Notes: a model not told the origin generated them from the sequence alone. 64,000 bases of DNA from Bdellovibrionales bacterium (GCA_965219095.1 CBDCMT010000001.1:2324892-2388891); one strand, 5' to 3'. Positions 30,638 through 42,093 are shown, counted from the first letter of the stretch. Numbers and translations: made by a program.

Positions 30638-31669
30638 TTACTTCACAAGCTCTGTTTCTAAACGTCTTGAATATTTACCCATAGAAAAACAAAAACCAAA
30701 ATAAATAAGAGCTACAAACAAATACACTTCAACACTAAAACCTAACCACTCTGTATCTTGTAAAGACGTTTTAGCTGTCATCAAAAGATCGAACAAAGCA
30801 ATGATCAAGACCAAAGAGGTATCTTTGAAGGTGGAGATAGAAACATTCACAGTAGGAGGTATAACTTTTTTTAAAGCTTGAGGTAAAATCACCCATCTCA
30901 TTAGTTGGTAATAATTAAGCCCTAAAGATTGAGCTCCTTCGTATTGACCCTTAGAAATTGCCGCCAATCCTCCTCTTACCACCTCAGCCATATAAGCTGA
31001 TGTAAACATAGTCATAGCAATTAAAGCTCTTAAAAGTTTATCTATACTTATTTCTTCAGGAACAAAAAGAGGGAACATCACTGATGCCATAAACAAAATG
31101 GAGATAAGGGGAACTGCTCTAATAAGCTCAATATAAACAATACAAAAAACCTTCAGTATAGGTAAAGAAGAACGACGACCTAAAGCTAGTAAAATCCCTA
31201 AGGGATAAGAACATGTTAAACTCACAAAAGCCATAATAAGCGTCAAAGGTAAGCCTCCCCAATTAGAAGTGGGAACACTTTTTAAACCCAGACCTCCTGC
31301 TAAGAGCCAATAGAAAATGATAAGACTAAAAACCCACAAAACAAAAGTCTTTTTTTCCCATCGCAAGGGTTCTCGAGAATAATAAACAAGACTTAAAAAA
31401 CCCACTATAGCTGAAATAGGTCTTAACAGCTGATCCTGAGGGTAAAAACCAAAAAGTATGAAGTTCATCTTTTCTATAAGAAAGGCAATACAAGCTCCCC
31501 CTTTTTTGCGACACATTTCAGCATCTCCATAAACAACACTATCTACAAATAACCAATTAAAAAAAGGTATAAAAAAATAAAAAAACATGCTGACTAAAAA
31601 AGCTGTAATAAATGTGTTGACCCAAGAGGAAAAAAGATTCTTTTTAAGCCAAGAAGGTATTTTTCTCAT
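30638..31669 (-). CDS. aapM: Amino acid ABC transporter permease
   Basis: WGGLPLTL, AYMAEVVRGGL...GQYEGA EAA loop. Confidence 0.88.
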   Translation of the reverse strand: MRKIPSWLKKNLFSSWVNTFITAFLVSMFFYFFIPFFNWLFVDSVVYGDAEMCRKKGGACIAFLIEKMNFILFGFYPQDQLLRPISAIVGFLSLVYYSREPLRWEKKTFVLWVFSLIIFYWLLAGGLGLKSVPTSNWGGLPLTLIMAFVSLTCSYPLGILLALGRRSSLPILKVFCIVYIELIRAVPLISILFMASVMFPLFVPEEISIDKLLRALIAMTMFTSAYMAEVVRGGLAAISKGQYEGAQSLGLNYYQLMRWVILPQALKKVIPPTVNVSISTFKDTSLVLIIALFDLLMTAKTSLQDTEWLGFSVEVYLFVALIYFGFCFSMGKYSRRLETELVK

Positions 31670-32814
31670 TTTTCCACCAGTTGTATCTTTCTGTTATACC
31701 AGCCCATAAAAGAAGCAGTTATTATGTTAAAAACAAAGTAAACTAACATAATTAACAAAATAAGCTCCACAGCCTGTCCTGTTTGATTCAAAGTTGTATT
31801 GGCCACATTTACAAAATCTGGATAAGCAATAGCAACAGCTAGAGAAGAGTTCTTTGTTAGGTTCAAAAACTGACTTGTAAGAGGAGGAACAATGACCCTT
31901 AAACCCTGAGGTATGATAAGAAGCCTTAGAATATTCACTCGACTTAAACCCAAGGATCGCCCAGCCTCCCATTGTCCTTGATCCACAGCCTCTAAACCTG
32001 AGCGTACAATCTCTCCTGTAAAAGCTCCCGTATACAAAATCAGTCCTAAAAGCAAAGCACTTAACTCTGGAGATAAAGAGCTTCCTCCTTCAAAATTAAA
32101 TCCTTCTAATTGAGGCAGACTCCAAGAAAAACTTTGACTTTGGCTTACAAAAAACCAAAAAAGCAAGACAAGAAGCACAAAAGCTCCTCCTAAGAGAGAA
32201 TGAAGAGGAAATTTTTTAGACGTTCTCTCTTTATAACTAGTAGCCCATCGACGTAGAAAAAACCAAAGTACAAGAATTAAAAACAAAGCTATAAAACAAA
32301 AGTACAAAACATCAGACCAAGGAAAAAAAAGTCCTCTGTTAGAAAGAAAGACAAAGGGTAAAACTTCATAAGCCTCTCTTACGCTAGGAAGCCCTTGATT
32401 GAAAAGGGAATACCAAAAAAAAAGTTGCAATAAAAGAGGAGTGTTTCTAAACAAATGTACATAAGAGCGACAAATGAATCTTAAAAGAAAGTTTTCAGAG
32501 AAACTCAATATACCAAATAGAAACCCCAGAATGAGAGTAAAAATATTTCCTATAATAGCCACCTTTATAGTGTTTAAAATTCCTATACCAAGGGCTTTTA
32601 AATACGTATCATCACTGCTATAAGGTATGAAAGTTTCGCTAATTTCAAAACCTGCATTTTGAAACAAAAAACCAAAACCTGAAGCAATATTTTGCCTTTT
32701 AAGATTCTCTTGTAATTGAGAAAATAAAGTAAAAAGCACAAAACCAACACAAAAGAGAAAAAGAGCTTGTAATAAAATGGAACGTTTTTTCTCTCCGTAA
32801 AGCCAGCTTTTCAT
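31666..32814 (-). CDS. aapQ: Amino acid ABC transporter permease
   Basis: IASGFGFL..AGFEI, FRNTPLLLQL, KNSSLAVAIAYPD. Confidence 0.88.
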   Translation of the reverse strand: MKSWLYGEKKRSILLQALFLFCVGFVLFTLFSQLQENLKRQNIASGFGFLFQNAGFEISETFIPYSSDDTYLKALGIGILNTIKVAIIGNIFTLILGFLFGILSFSENFLLRFICRSYVHLFRNTPLLLQLFFWYSLFNQGLPSVREAYEVLPFVFLSNRGLFFPWSDVLYFCFIALFLILVLWFFLRRWATSYKERTSKKFPLHSLLGGAFVLLVLLFWFFVSQSQSFSWSLPQLEGFNFEGGSSLSPELSALLLGLILYTGAFTGEIVRSGLEAVDQGQWEAGRSLGLSRVNILRLLIIPQGLRVIVPPLTSQFLNLTKNSSLAVAIAYPDFVNVANTTLNQTGQAVELILLIMLVYFVFNIITASFMGWYNRKIQLVEK

Positions 32815-32832
32815 TATTGCAAACGAAAGAGA

Positions 32833-33843
32833 TTAACGAACAGGGGGGGAATAATGAAGCCCTCCTTTTGTCCATAGATTGTTAAGACCTCTTTTGATAT
32901 TTAGCTTTGTTTTTGAACCTAAATTTCTTTCAAAAATCTCGCCATAATTACCTACGTGCTTTACTACATGATAAGCCCAACGTTCATTTAAACCTAAAGC
33001 TTTTCCATTTCCTTTAATAACACCTAAAAACCTTTTCACATCAGGGTTTCGACTTCTTTTCATAGAAGATACATTTTTAGATGTAATTCCCATTTCCTCT
33101 GCAGCTATAAGAGCAAAAACGGTCCACTTTACAACATCAAACCACTGATCATCTCCATGACGAACAACAGGTGCCAAAGGCTCTTTTGAAATGATCTTTT
33201 TTAAAATAACATATTGTTTAGGATTCTGCAGTTTAGTTCGATCTCCTGCTAAACTAGAAGCATCAGCTGTTACCACATCACAACGTTTTTTCACAAAAGC
33301 ATGAACCATCTCATCTCTCGATTCAAAAACAAGAGGTTTAAATTTCATTTTATGACTTTTAAAATAATCAGCTAAGCCTAATTCTGTTGTTGTTCCTTGA
33401 GAAACACAAATAGTAGCACCATTTAGTTTTTTTAAAGTTTTAATTTTTGCAGACTTTCTCAACATAAAACCCTGGCCGTCGTAATAAGTTACAGGAGCAA
33501 AGTTAAGTCCTTGAGCTGTATCTCTTTGCAGATTCCAAGTCGTGTTTCTTGAAAGTACATCAACCTCCCCCGATTGCAAAGCTGTAAACCTTTGCTGTGT
33601 CGTTAAGGGAATGAATTTTAATTGATTAGGTTTTCCAAAAACAGCAGCAGAAACAGCACGACATATATCCACATCCAAACCTTTCCACTTTCCTTTACTG
33701 TCAGAACTGGAAAAACCCGGTAACCCCGTATTTACCCCGCAAGCAATATAACCTCTTTTTTTCACTGTACCTAAAGTATTTCCGTAGGATACAGAAAAAC
33801 TTAGAAAACATAAGATGATGATTAAAAATTTGATAGTTTTCAT
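32833..33843 (-). CDS. aapJ: General L-amino acid ABC transporter substrate-binding protein
   Basis: CGVNTGLPGFS, LSRNTTW, ISKEPLAP, VGNYGEIFERN, GGLHYSPPVR. Confidence 0.92.
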   Translation of the reverse strand: MKTIKFLIIILCFLSFSVSYGNTLGTVKKRGYIACGVNTGLPGFSSSDSKGKWKGLDVDICRAVSAAVFGKPNQLKFIPLTTQQRFTALQSGEVDVLSRNTTWNLQRDTAQGLNFAPVTYYDGQGFMLRKSAKIKTLKKLNGATICVSQGTTTELGLADYFKSHKMKFKPLVFESRDEMVHAFVKKRCDVVTADASSLAGDRTKLQNPKQYVILKKIISKEPLAPVVRHGDDQWFDVVKWTVFALIAAEEMGITSKNVSSMKRSRNPDVKRFLGVIKGNGKALGLNERWAYHVVKHVGNYGEIFERNLGSKTKLNIKRGLNNLWTKGGLHYSPPVR

Positions 33844-33975
33844 ACTTTTAACTCCTTTCAGATAAACATAATAGCATTATTGTTATGCATATTTCAAATA
33901 GAAAAAACGTCTTAAAAAAAATTATGCAGTGTGGTATCTCATGAAACTTCAAGCTACAAAAGCTAGACTAAAGAT

Positions 33976-34275
33976 ATGGCACTGTTTTTAAGTTCCTTAT
34001 GTATAATCGTATGTATTTGCATAACCTTTATTTTCCCCCTTATCCTTAGAGACTTCTTTTCGAATCAAACAACTTTATCCACTACATCTACATTTATAAG
34101 GTTTACATTCATAAGCCTTCTTTCTCTTCATAGTTTATTAATGTTCTTAGATTACCTTAAAAGGCCCCACTCAACATCTAAGCTTTGGCTTTTTATTATC
34201 TTTATTCCTTTTACTTCACTTTACTATTTCTTCTTCACCTATATACCCAGTGAAATCAGAAAAATAAAAAGATAA
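33976..34275 (+). CDS. Small hypothetical membrane protein
   Basis: 99 aa with three hydrophobic segments. Confidence 0.45.
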   Translation: MALFLSSLCIIVCICITFIFPLILRDFFSNQTTLSTTSTFIRFTFISLLSLHSLLMFLDYLKRPHSTSKLWLFIIFIPFTSLYYFFFTYIPSEIRKIKR

Positions 34276-34299
34276 ACTATTGATAGTGTTGATATCTAC

Positions 34300-34387
34300 A
34301 CTGATTGCACTTCAAAATCCACACATTAATTTTTTAGGAAGAATCATACACATGGAAGTTGTAGGTCAAGAGGCTGCTTAATTCTTT
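34300..34387 (-). mobile_element. Right-end remnant of IS630 type 2
   Basis: Near-identical to the reverse complement of 57175-57263. Truncated by IS66. Confidence 0.85.
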
Positions 34388-35921
34388 GTAACTGCTCACT
34401 CTCGTAAGTTTTTATTTAAAGCCATAGAGATGGCTTCTAAAGAAGAATACCCTCTATTTCTCATTGTTTTAACATAGCTGGTAATGCGACAAAAATATTT
34501 CGCCATTTCTTCTGTTCTGAAACACCCTGACACTTTCTTTTTCACTTTAGTCATTCTTAGATCTCTTTCAGCTCTGTTATTAGTAGGATCTACGTTCTTT
34601 CTTTTAGAAAAACACAGTATTTCTGCTTCATACTTTTTAAATCGCAGCCAAAGGTTTTGAGCTTGTGTATGCTTTATTCGTCCTTTCTTGCCATTTTTTT
34701 TAGGAAATTCTGGAAGCTCTTTTAAGCCTTTTGTAAGAATACTCCTATACCTTCTCTGAAGAGTTTCGTACTCTTTTTGAGTCAGAACTCTTGACTCTTT
34801 TTTATGAACTAACTCCACAGTCTCTTTAAGAAGTTTTTTGAGATTTATAGCCCATTTGAATCCATTGCTTTCTTCTATAAATTTAAGCTCTCTCAAAAGG
34901 TGAGCCACACACAAAGCATGAGTTATCTTATCATAACAAAAGTAAGGACTCCAACAATCATGCACAAGCACTCCTCCATATCTATCCAAGAGACCAATAT
35001 CTTTTATGGCTTCCCTTCCACCTGAAAGGTGGAGAAACTGCAAGACTAATTCTCCTGAACTATAAGTATGAATCCAGTAGTTTTTACCCTTAACCCTCAT
35101 AGAGGTCTCATCAACATGAATGACCTCTGATTCAAGTATCTTTTCTTTCATCTGCTCTTCCCAACTTTTAAGAAACTCTCCTAATTCAGCAATGTATCTC
35201 AACATAACTGCAGGAGAAATCATTCGACCTATAAGCCCCATGTAATGTTCCCCAACACGCTCTAAAAGACAGCATCTGAACTATAATGAAATTGATGATG
35301 GAAGCTCTAATGCCTATACCATACTGAAGAGGACCACTCATACCTTTAGGGAATTGACCTTTATTTCTAGCTCCACATGAGGGACAATCCTTAACTTCAG
35401 AAGTTACAGTATGGGTCTGAATTTCATAAAAAATATCAATCTTTTTACGCTTCTCAAGGCTTTTTACCTCTGCTGTCTTTAAACACATCCCACACTGAGA
35501 ACACTCTGAGGGAGAGACAGTCTCCTCACTGTTTTGTATCTTTACTGTTATCAAGTCTAGAGCCCTTTTTCTGACTCCCACTAGCTTTCTTATTACGATT
35601 CCCTTGACGACTAAAATCTTGCGAAGGAGGAAGACCGCTGTTGCTGGAATTTTTTCGAACCTGTTTTTCTAAAAACACAACAATCAGAATGTTCACAACC
35701 TTAAAGAGAGATTCAACAATCACAGAAATCTCAGTAGGCACAGAACCTTTCTTTGCAAACTTATCAAAGTCACTTCTTATATTTTCAATCTCATTTCTGA
35801 TGGAGGTCTTATTTATTGTCATTTGAAAAAAGTATTTAAAAGAAAATCTGTAAGAACAAGACTTTTATCTTAAAACAGGTCTAAAGTTAGGGATAACTGA
35901 ACAATGTAGGTGAGCAGTTAC
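34388..35921 (-). mobile_element. IS66-family element (single-ORF type), transposase frameshifted
   Basis: 12-bp IR GTAACTGCTCAC. ORFs 35526-35822, 35186-35581, 34396-35241 (HVDET, HDCW, CVAHLLREL, TNNRAERDLR). No 8-bp TSD. Confidence 0.92.
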
Positions 35922-36620
35922 AAAGGATTTACCATACTGGAACTTTTAGTTACAGTGGCTGTAGTAGGTGTTTTAGCCAGCATAGCACACTCAGCTTATG
36001 ACAACTACAAAAGAAGAGCTATTGCTTCTAACGGAAAAGTCTTAGTATCTGGTCTTTTTAAAATGTATAAAACTTTGCTTTATGAAAGAAATGTTGGAAC
36101 ATTAGTACAAAAATACGGAAACCAGCTTTATTTTCCGGCTCAATTTAAACTTGATAGTTTTACGGAGGATTTTTATGATTTAGCATGTCCAAATGATGGA
36201 TCTGTATCTTATTTTACAACTTTTTTATCGATTTATGCTGGTACAGGAGGTATTGCTATACAATTAAGCAGTCTCCCAAAGTCGCAAATCTCATTGGAAA
36301 TAAAACATAGGTGGTGTAATCATAAATACAAAGCTAACAGAGGAGCTACAGATATTACATCTTGGTCAAGCTTCCCATTAAGCCCTTATCCTGGGAGTGC
36401 AAATCCTCATATGATTAATCCTAACCGTTTGGAGTTTCATTCGTACTGTAAAAACACAGTAGGAAAAACGTTGTACAGTCCTAATGCAATTTTTTGCTTC
36501 GATGGAGTTGGTGTCCGCATGTGGGGTGATAAAACCATAAGAGTATGCCCTAAAATGAATCCAATGAGTCCAAATCCCGGAATTTGGACTCCCGATACTT
36601 GTGGCGGGCCTGTTCAATAA
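35910..36620 (+). CDS. Type IV pilin-like protein (prepilin N-terminal methylation motif)
   Basis: KG|FTILELLVTVAVVGVLASIA and a Cys-rich variable C-terminal domain. The GTG start lies inside the IS66 IR. Confidence 0.85.
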   Translation: MSSYKGFTILELLVTVAVVGVLASIAHSAYDNYKRRAIASNGKVLVSGLFKMYKTLLYERNVGTLVQKYGNQLYFPAQFKLDSFTEDFYDLACPNDGSVSYFTTFLSIYAGTGGIAIQLSSLPKSQISLEIKHRWCNHKYKANRGATDITSWSSFPLSPYPGSANPHMINPNRLEFHSYCKNTVGKTLYSPNAIFCFDGVGVRMWGDKTIRVCPKMNPMSPNPGIWTPDTCGGPVQ

Positions 36621-36899
36621 ATTTAAGAAACCCTCTGAACTGTGTGGTAGTATGAGTCGAAATAGTGAACTTTTTTTAAAAGGTCTCATCCTTATTTCCT
36701 GATTTTTTTCAAATTCTAAAGGGGTTTTTCTAAATAGAATGAAGGTGTTGAGTATTGTAATAAAAGCTTCAATCCACTCAAAAATTTCTATTTCAACTTG
36801 CTTGAAAGAGGTCTACTTCTTAAATCCCAGTTCTCGTTTCAGTTGAGAAAATAAAAAGCTTTCACTATAGGTATTATCTTCGTTACACAATTTAATTTA

Positions 36900-38587
36900 C
36901 CCAAATTCCACGCTAAAAATGATCACTACTGGTTTTCATTTCTCTGAGAAGTTTTTTGTCAATAGCCTTTATGATATTTTCTTGAATTTTGCTTAGAGCA
37001 ACTGTTCGAGACATTTGAATTTTTTTCTTTTTATCAGAAAAATAAACTTTGTACAGGTTCTCTAGCTCTTTTAATGCTTGAATTAGCGAAATATCCAAAT
37101 TGTAGAGATGTAACTTTAATACGGAAAGCAGAAGATAAGATAAATAACAAATAAAAACATGAGCCACTACTCTGTTGCAAAGCCAGTGTCGCACAGGATT
37201 TAAATTTGTAACTCCTTTTAAAATTCTGAAAGCTCTTTCTACGACATCTTTATCAAAATAAAGTTTGACCATATCTTTACCAGAAATATTCTTTGTAGAA
37301 AATATACAGGAGTACCCATCAAATTCTTCTGCTTTTTTCAGCTCCTGATCCCTGATCTTTCCTGTGGGAGTTAGATATTTTTTCAGCCCCTCCTTAATGG
37401 ACTTGTTTTGAGATAGACAGTTTTGAGCAGCAACTATCTCATCATATCTCGCCTCTCGAATTGCATCCTTTCTTTTATGGTTGTAGCAGATTGCCAGTTT
37501 TCCTTTAACTTGGCCAAATGTATAATTCATGCTTTTAACGTAAAAAGTATTCTTGTTCAAAATTACCCTATTTGAAACGTTTACTATAGAACCGGACTTT
37601 AAAAAATTTCGTACTGTCTTCTTCTCAACCTCTCTCATAGGAATTCCGCACAATGTATTCCAACCCAATTCCCCTGTAAGAAAGGTTTTTAGACGATGCT
37701 ATACCTCGATCATACACCAATAGGCCAGAACGAAGATTGTATTCTGAAAAACTATTAACAAGTGCCGTCAATGTCCTGCTATCGTGAATGTTACCCTTAA
37801 AGGTCTTGTGAAAAACAGGAATCCCTTCTTCTTGAGTTACAGCAAGACCTATCTGAATCAGAGGACTCTTCCTTTTCCCATCTTTGCTGTACCCTGGGTT
37901 ACCTAGTTGACATTTACTTCCATAAAAATAAGTGTTAGTAACATCAGACAATTTTATTAGATGATAACTTGTATTCTTTTTTAACATTTTCAAAAATACG
38001 TTTCTGCAAAGATGGAGCCTTGGATTCGTTAAGCTGATCGAGAGCTGAAAAAAGCCTTCTTTCAGTCAGCCCATCTAAGTTTAAAATGCTGTTTAAATCT
38101 GTTCGTTCATACCATGATGGCATATTATTGACGCTTCTGTAATCCAAGCAATGAGCATAGACCATACTTAGTATTTCATCTGAATAATTGCCAAGAACTT
38201 CGGGAAGACCAACTTTTTTTGCAAGGGCATGAAGAACAATCAAGGGACCACTGATCTTAACTTTATCGAATTGAATGTTCTCGGAAGATATAGAGATAAC
38301 ACGCTTATGATTCACCTCCTTTCCAAGATATCTCAAGTACTTCTGTACGACCTTGCCCTTGACCCGGACATTTTTCACCTCTGCTAAATAAGTGCTGCCT
38401 CCTCTTTTAATCTTCTTTATAAAACTCATAGTAGTTACCATTATGGTAACTACTTAAAAATAGAAGGGCAAGAGCTTTTCACAGAAAAAAAAGGCAATAA
38501 CCCCATTTTTACTGGAAAACTTCCATCTTATGGAACTTATCTTACTGTTAGAGCAATGTAGTGATCATTTTTAGCGTGGAATTTGGG
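36900..38587 (-). mobile_element. IS1634-like element type 1, copy 1 (two frameshifts)
   Basis: 30-bp IR CCCAAATTCCACGCTAAAAATGATCACTAC and DR TAATTTA. ORFs 37944-38441, 37625-37993, 36913-37668 (DVTNTYF, VYDRG, VERAFR.LK). Confidence 0.92.
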
Positions 38588-38641
38588 TAATTTACAGACT
38601 TACTTTTCTTGCTTGACTTACTGGTCATCCATATGAGTATA

Positions 38642-41167
38642 TTAACAGTCACTTAAAACAACATGCATATCATTGGCAGAAACTTTTACTTTTTTAAGTT
38701 TTTTTATATCCTCTGAAATGATCTTCTGACTTAAAGGGTTTAAAATTTCTAATTGTAAAGCTCTCTTTAAAGGCCTTGCTCCGTAAACAGGATCATAACC
38801 TCTTTTAGCAATAAACTCTACAACCTTTTTATCAAATTCTAATTCAATATTTTTCTCTAGAACTCTTCTTTTTATATCTTCAAATTGAAGCCTTACAATG
38901 GTTTCAATGGATTCTTTTCCTAAAGAATCAAAGACAATAATTTCATCAACACGGTTTAAGAATTCAGGACGAAAATGATTCTTTAACTCCCCTTTAGGAA
39001 GATTAGAGGTCATCACAATAACACTGTTTTTAAAGTTTACCTTACGTCCTTGGCTATCGGTAAGATGTCCTTCATCTAAGATTTGTAACAAAGTGTGAAA
39101 AATATCAGGGTGAGCTTTTTCAATTTCGTCAAAAAGAATAACAGAATAAGGCTTTCTTCTCACAGGCTCTGTTAATTGCCCTCCCTGTTCATAACCTACG
39201 TAGCCGGGAGGTGCTCCTAAAAGTCTTGCCACAGAATGTTTTTCCATATATTCGCTCATATCAATACGAATGATCTCATCCTCATCATCAAACAAAAACT
39301 CTGAAAGAGCTTTTACAGTCTCTGTTTTTCCCACTCCTGTAACTCCTAAAAACATAAAACTTCCAATAGGTCTTTTCGGATCAGAGATCTCAGCTCTTGC
39401 TCTTCTTATGGCATGAGAAATAAGAGACAAGGCTTTACCCTGGCCTATCACTCTTTTAGATAAGCTCTCCTCCATATTCATAAGCTTTTTTTTCTCTGAA
39501 TCGAGCATTTTTTGAACAGGGACCCCTGTCCACTGGCTTACGACTTGAGCAATTTCCTCAACCCCTACCTCCTCTTTAAGAAGTTCATAGTTTTTATTTT
39601 TCTTAAGGTTCTCTTGAGTAAGTCCCTTTAATTCTTTTTCTAGCTTAGGGAGAACTCCATATTTTAATTCTGCTGCTTTAGAGAGATCACTTTTCCTCTC
39701 TGCTTGTTCAATATCAATTTTTACTTTTTCAATATCCTGTTTTAAAGCTTTAAGCTTTGAAATCTTAGACTTCTCTTTTTCCCAAAGAGCTGAAAACCTC
39801 TTTTGTTCTTTAAGTTTACTTTCTAACTCCTTATTTACTTCTTTTAGCCTTTCTTCATACTGGGAGTCCTTTTCTTTTTTTAAAGCTTCTTTTTCAATCT
39901 GAAGATGACGAATTTTCCTTCTTAAAGAATCAAGGCTTGCAGGTACACTGTTGATTTCAATATTCAAACGGCTTGCAGCTTCATCTACAAGGTCAATAGC
40001 CTTATCAGGAAGAAATCTATTCGAAATATAACGATCAGATAATTTCACAGCCTGTATTAAAGCACTATCTTTAATGCTCACACCATGATAAAGTTCGTAC
40101 TTTTCTTTTAAACCTCGTAAAATGGTGATAGCATCTTCTAGACTGGGTTCTTTTACTAAAACAGTCTGAAACCTTCTTTCTAAAGCTTTGTCTTTTTCAA
40201 TATACTGTCTATACTCATCTAAAGTAGTCGCCCCAACGGCTCTTAACTCCCCTCTTGCTAAAGCAGGTTTTAAAATCTGACCTGCATCCATAGCCCCCTC
40301 TGTTTTCCCTGCACCTATAAGAGTGTGAAGCTCATCAATAAATAAAATAATCTCTCCTTGAGAGTCAGTGACCTCTTTCACCACAGCCTTAAGCCGATCC
40401 TCAAATTCACCTCGGTATTTTGCTCCAGCAACAAGACTTGCTAGATCCAAAACTAAAACTCTTTTGTTAAACAAAACATGGGGAACGTCTTTGTTGCAAA
40501 TTCTTACTGCTAAACCCTCAGCAATAGCTGTTTTCCCTACACCAGCTTCTCCTACTAAAACAGGATTATTCTTAGTGCGACGGGATAGAATCTGAATTAC
40601 ACGTCTAATCTCACTATCTCTTCCTATAACAGGATCCAATTTAGACTGACTGGCCAATTGAGTAAGATCACGAGTATATTTTTCTAAAACTTGGCACTTG
40701 TTTTCAGGATGAATGTCGGTCACTTTTTTATCTCCTTTTATTTTTTGGATTTGAAGTTGAAAGTTTTCTTTTGTGATATCATAATTTTGATAAATCTCTT
40801 TAAAGTCATCAAAAGAAGAGAGGAAAAAGTGTTCTGTAGAAATGAACTGATCCCCTGAATTTCGAGCTAAACTTTCAGAGCTTTTCAAAGCTTCTCCTAA
40901 ACTTAAACCTAGATCTGTTTGATAAACTTGCTTTTTTTGAACCTGAGGTAAAATTTCTATCTTTTTTTTAAACTCTCTTTTTATAAGGTTTAAGTCCTGT
41001 AGTCCACAAGCCTTAAAAGCTTGAGAGGGAATGCTATCACTGTCTTTTAAAATTTCAAACAAAAGATGAACAAGTTCTACTGAAAGATTCTTATGAGACT
41101 GGGCTAAAAATAAAGCCTCCTCAAAAGCTTCTCGACTTTTTTCAGTTAATTTTTGTAAAGCTTTCAT
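38642..41167 (-). CDS. clpB: Chaperone ClpB
   Basis: [15 protein letters not shown], long coiled M-domain, [16 protein letters not shown]. Confidence 0.97.
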   Translation of the reverse strand: MKALQKLTEKSREAFEEALFLAQSHKNLSVELVHLLFEILKDSDSIPSQAFKACGLQDLNLIKREFKKKIEILPQVQKKQVYQTDLGLSLGEALKSSESLARNSGDQFISTEHFFLSSFDDFKEIYQNYDITKENFQLQIQKIKGDKKVTDIHPENKCQVLEKYTRDLTQLASQSKLDPVIGRDSEIRRVIQILSRRTKNNPVLVGEAGVGKTAIAEGLAVRICNKDVPHVLFNKRVLVLDLASLVAGAKYRGEFEDRLKAVVKEVTDSQGEIILFIDELHTLIGAGKTEGAMDAGQILKPALARGELRAVGATTLDEYRQYIEKDKALERRFQTVLVKEPSLEDAITILRGLKEKYELYHGVSIKDSALIQAVKLSDRYISNRFLPDKAIDLVDEAASRLNIEINSVPASLDSLRRKIRHLQIEKEALKKEKDSQYEERLKEVNKELESKLKEQKRFSALWEKEKSKISKLKALKQDIEKVKIDIEQAERKSDLSKAAELKYGVLPKLEKELKGLTQENLKKNKNYELLKEEVGVEEIAQVVSQWTGVPVQKMLDSEKKKLMNMEESLSKRVIGQGKALSLISHAIRRARAEISDPKRPIGSFMFLGVTGVGKTETVKALSEFLFDDEDEIIRIDMSEYMEKHSVARLLGAPPGYVGYEQGGQLTEPVRRKPYSVILFDEIEKAHPDIFHTLLQILDEGHLTDSQGRKVNFKNSVIVMTSNLPKGELKNHFRPEFLNRVDEIIVFDSLGKESIETIVRLQFEDIKRRVLEKNIELEFDKKVVEFIAKRGYDPVYGARPLKRALQLEILNPLSQKIISEDIKKLKKVKVSANDMHVVLSDC

Positions 41168-41223
41168 CTCAAACCTCCTTATGTTAACCTTGTGTCGTAT
41201 TTTTAATTTGTCAATAAAAGCCT

Positions 41224-41448
41224 ATGAATAAGAAGTTAAACAAAGGAATAATTTACGATCCCGTTTCTCCTGGCGATTTTCTAAAACTCAACTTCACTTA
41301 CTGCTGTGAACAATGCAGTTACTTTGATTGGTCTGAACAAAAGTGCTCTTTAGGACATGTTCATGAACTTCACCTCAGAAGAAATCAAATCAAATCTTAT
41401 GTCGAGTGGGGACATATGGCTTTTTGCAGAAGCCATGAGATTGATTAG
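41224..41448 (+). CDS. Small Cys/His-rich hypothetical protein
   Basis: CCEQC-x9-C-x3-H...FC pattern. Confidence 0.6.
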   Translation: MNKKLNKGIIYDPVSPGDFLKLNFTYCCEQCSYFDWSEQKCSLGHVHELHLRRNQIKSYVEWGHMAFCRSHEID

Positions 41449-41535
41449 GCATGTCATAAAGAAAAAATTCTTTTCATAATTTTTTTTTTAGGCATAATAA
41501 ATTAAGACAGTAAGAAATATTAAGGAGTTAAGTAT

Positions 41536-42093
41536 ATGACCAAGAAAAGAAAAAAAACCACAAAAAAATCAGTAAAAAAAGCAAAAAAAACATCAAAAAA
41601 ATTGAAGAAAAAACTCTCAAAAAAAAGAAGACAAACTGCAAAAAAACGTGTCCTCAAACGAAAGAGAAAAGTTTCTAAAAAGAAGTCTCTAACAAAGAAA
41701 AAAAGAAAAACTCAAAGTAAAGTCAGTAAAAAAAAGCATCTAAAAAAGAAGAAAAGAAAAAGTACAAAAAAATCACATTCAAGCTCTAAAAAGAGGAAGG
41801 CGAAAAAAAAGACTCTTTCTAAAAAACCAAAATCATTGTTGAAAAAAGGCACTCAATTTACATCTCAGAAAGAGTTGTCAGAAAAAGAGATTCAAAAAGA
41901 AAAGTCCATAAAAGATATTTATCTCAATTCCAACGTAAATAAAGGAAGTTTAGATAATGTTTTAAATGATCAAAGTGATCCCCTAGAAGAGGGTTCATTA
42001 GGTGACAATTTTGATCCGGAAGCTCAAAACGATGAGTCTTTATACCAAGACGATGATTATGATGAAGAGGACGACGAAGAAAATTATTTCTAA
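41536..42093 (+). CDS. Lysine-rich histone H1-like protein with acidic tail
   Basis: AAGGAG SD. First ~105 aa are about half Lys/Arg and the last ~45 aa are Asp/Glu-rich. Confidence 0.8.
   Translation: MTKKRKKTTKKSVKKAKKTSKKLKKKLSKKRRQTAKKRVLKRKRKVSKKKSLTKKKRKTQSKVSKKKHLKKKKRKSTKKSHSSSKKRKAKKKTLSKKPKSLLKKGTQFTSQKELSEKEIQKEKSIKDIYLNSNVNKGSLDNVLNDQSDPLEEGSLGDNFDPEAQNDESLYQDDDYDEEDDEENYF

Noticed and set aside
41178-41188. TTATGTTAA resembling the XerD arm of dif
   Set aside because: No XerC arm (CATAA) at the proper 6-bp spacing. It lies in the clpB promoter/SD region.
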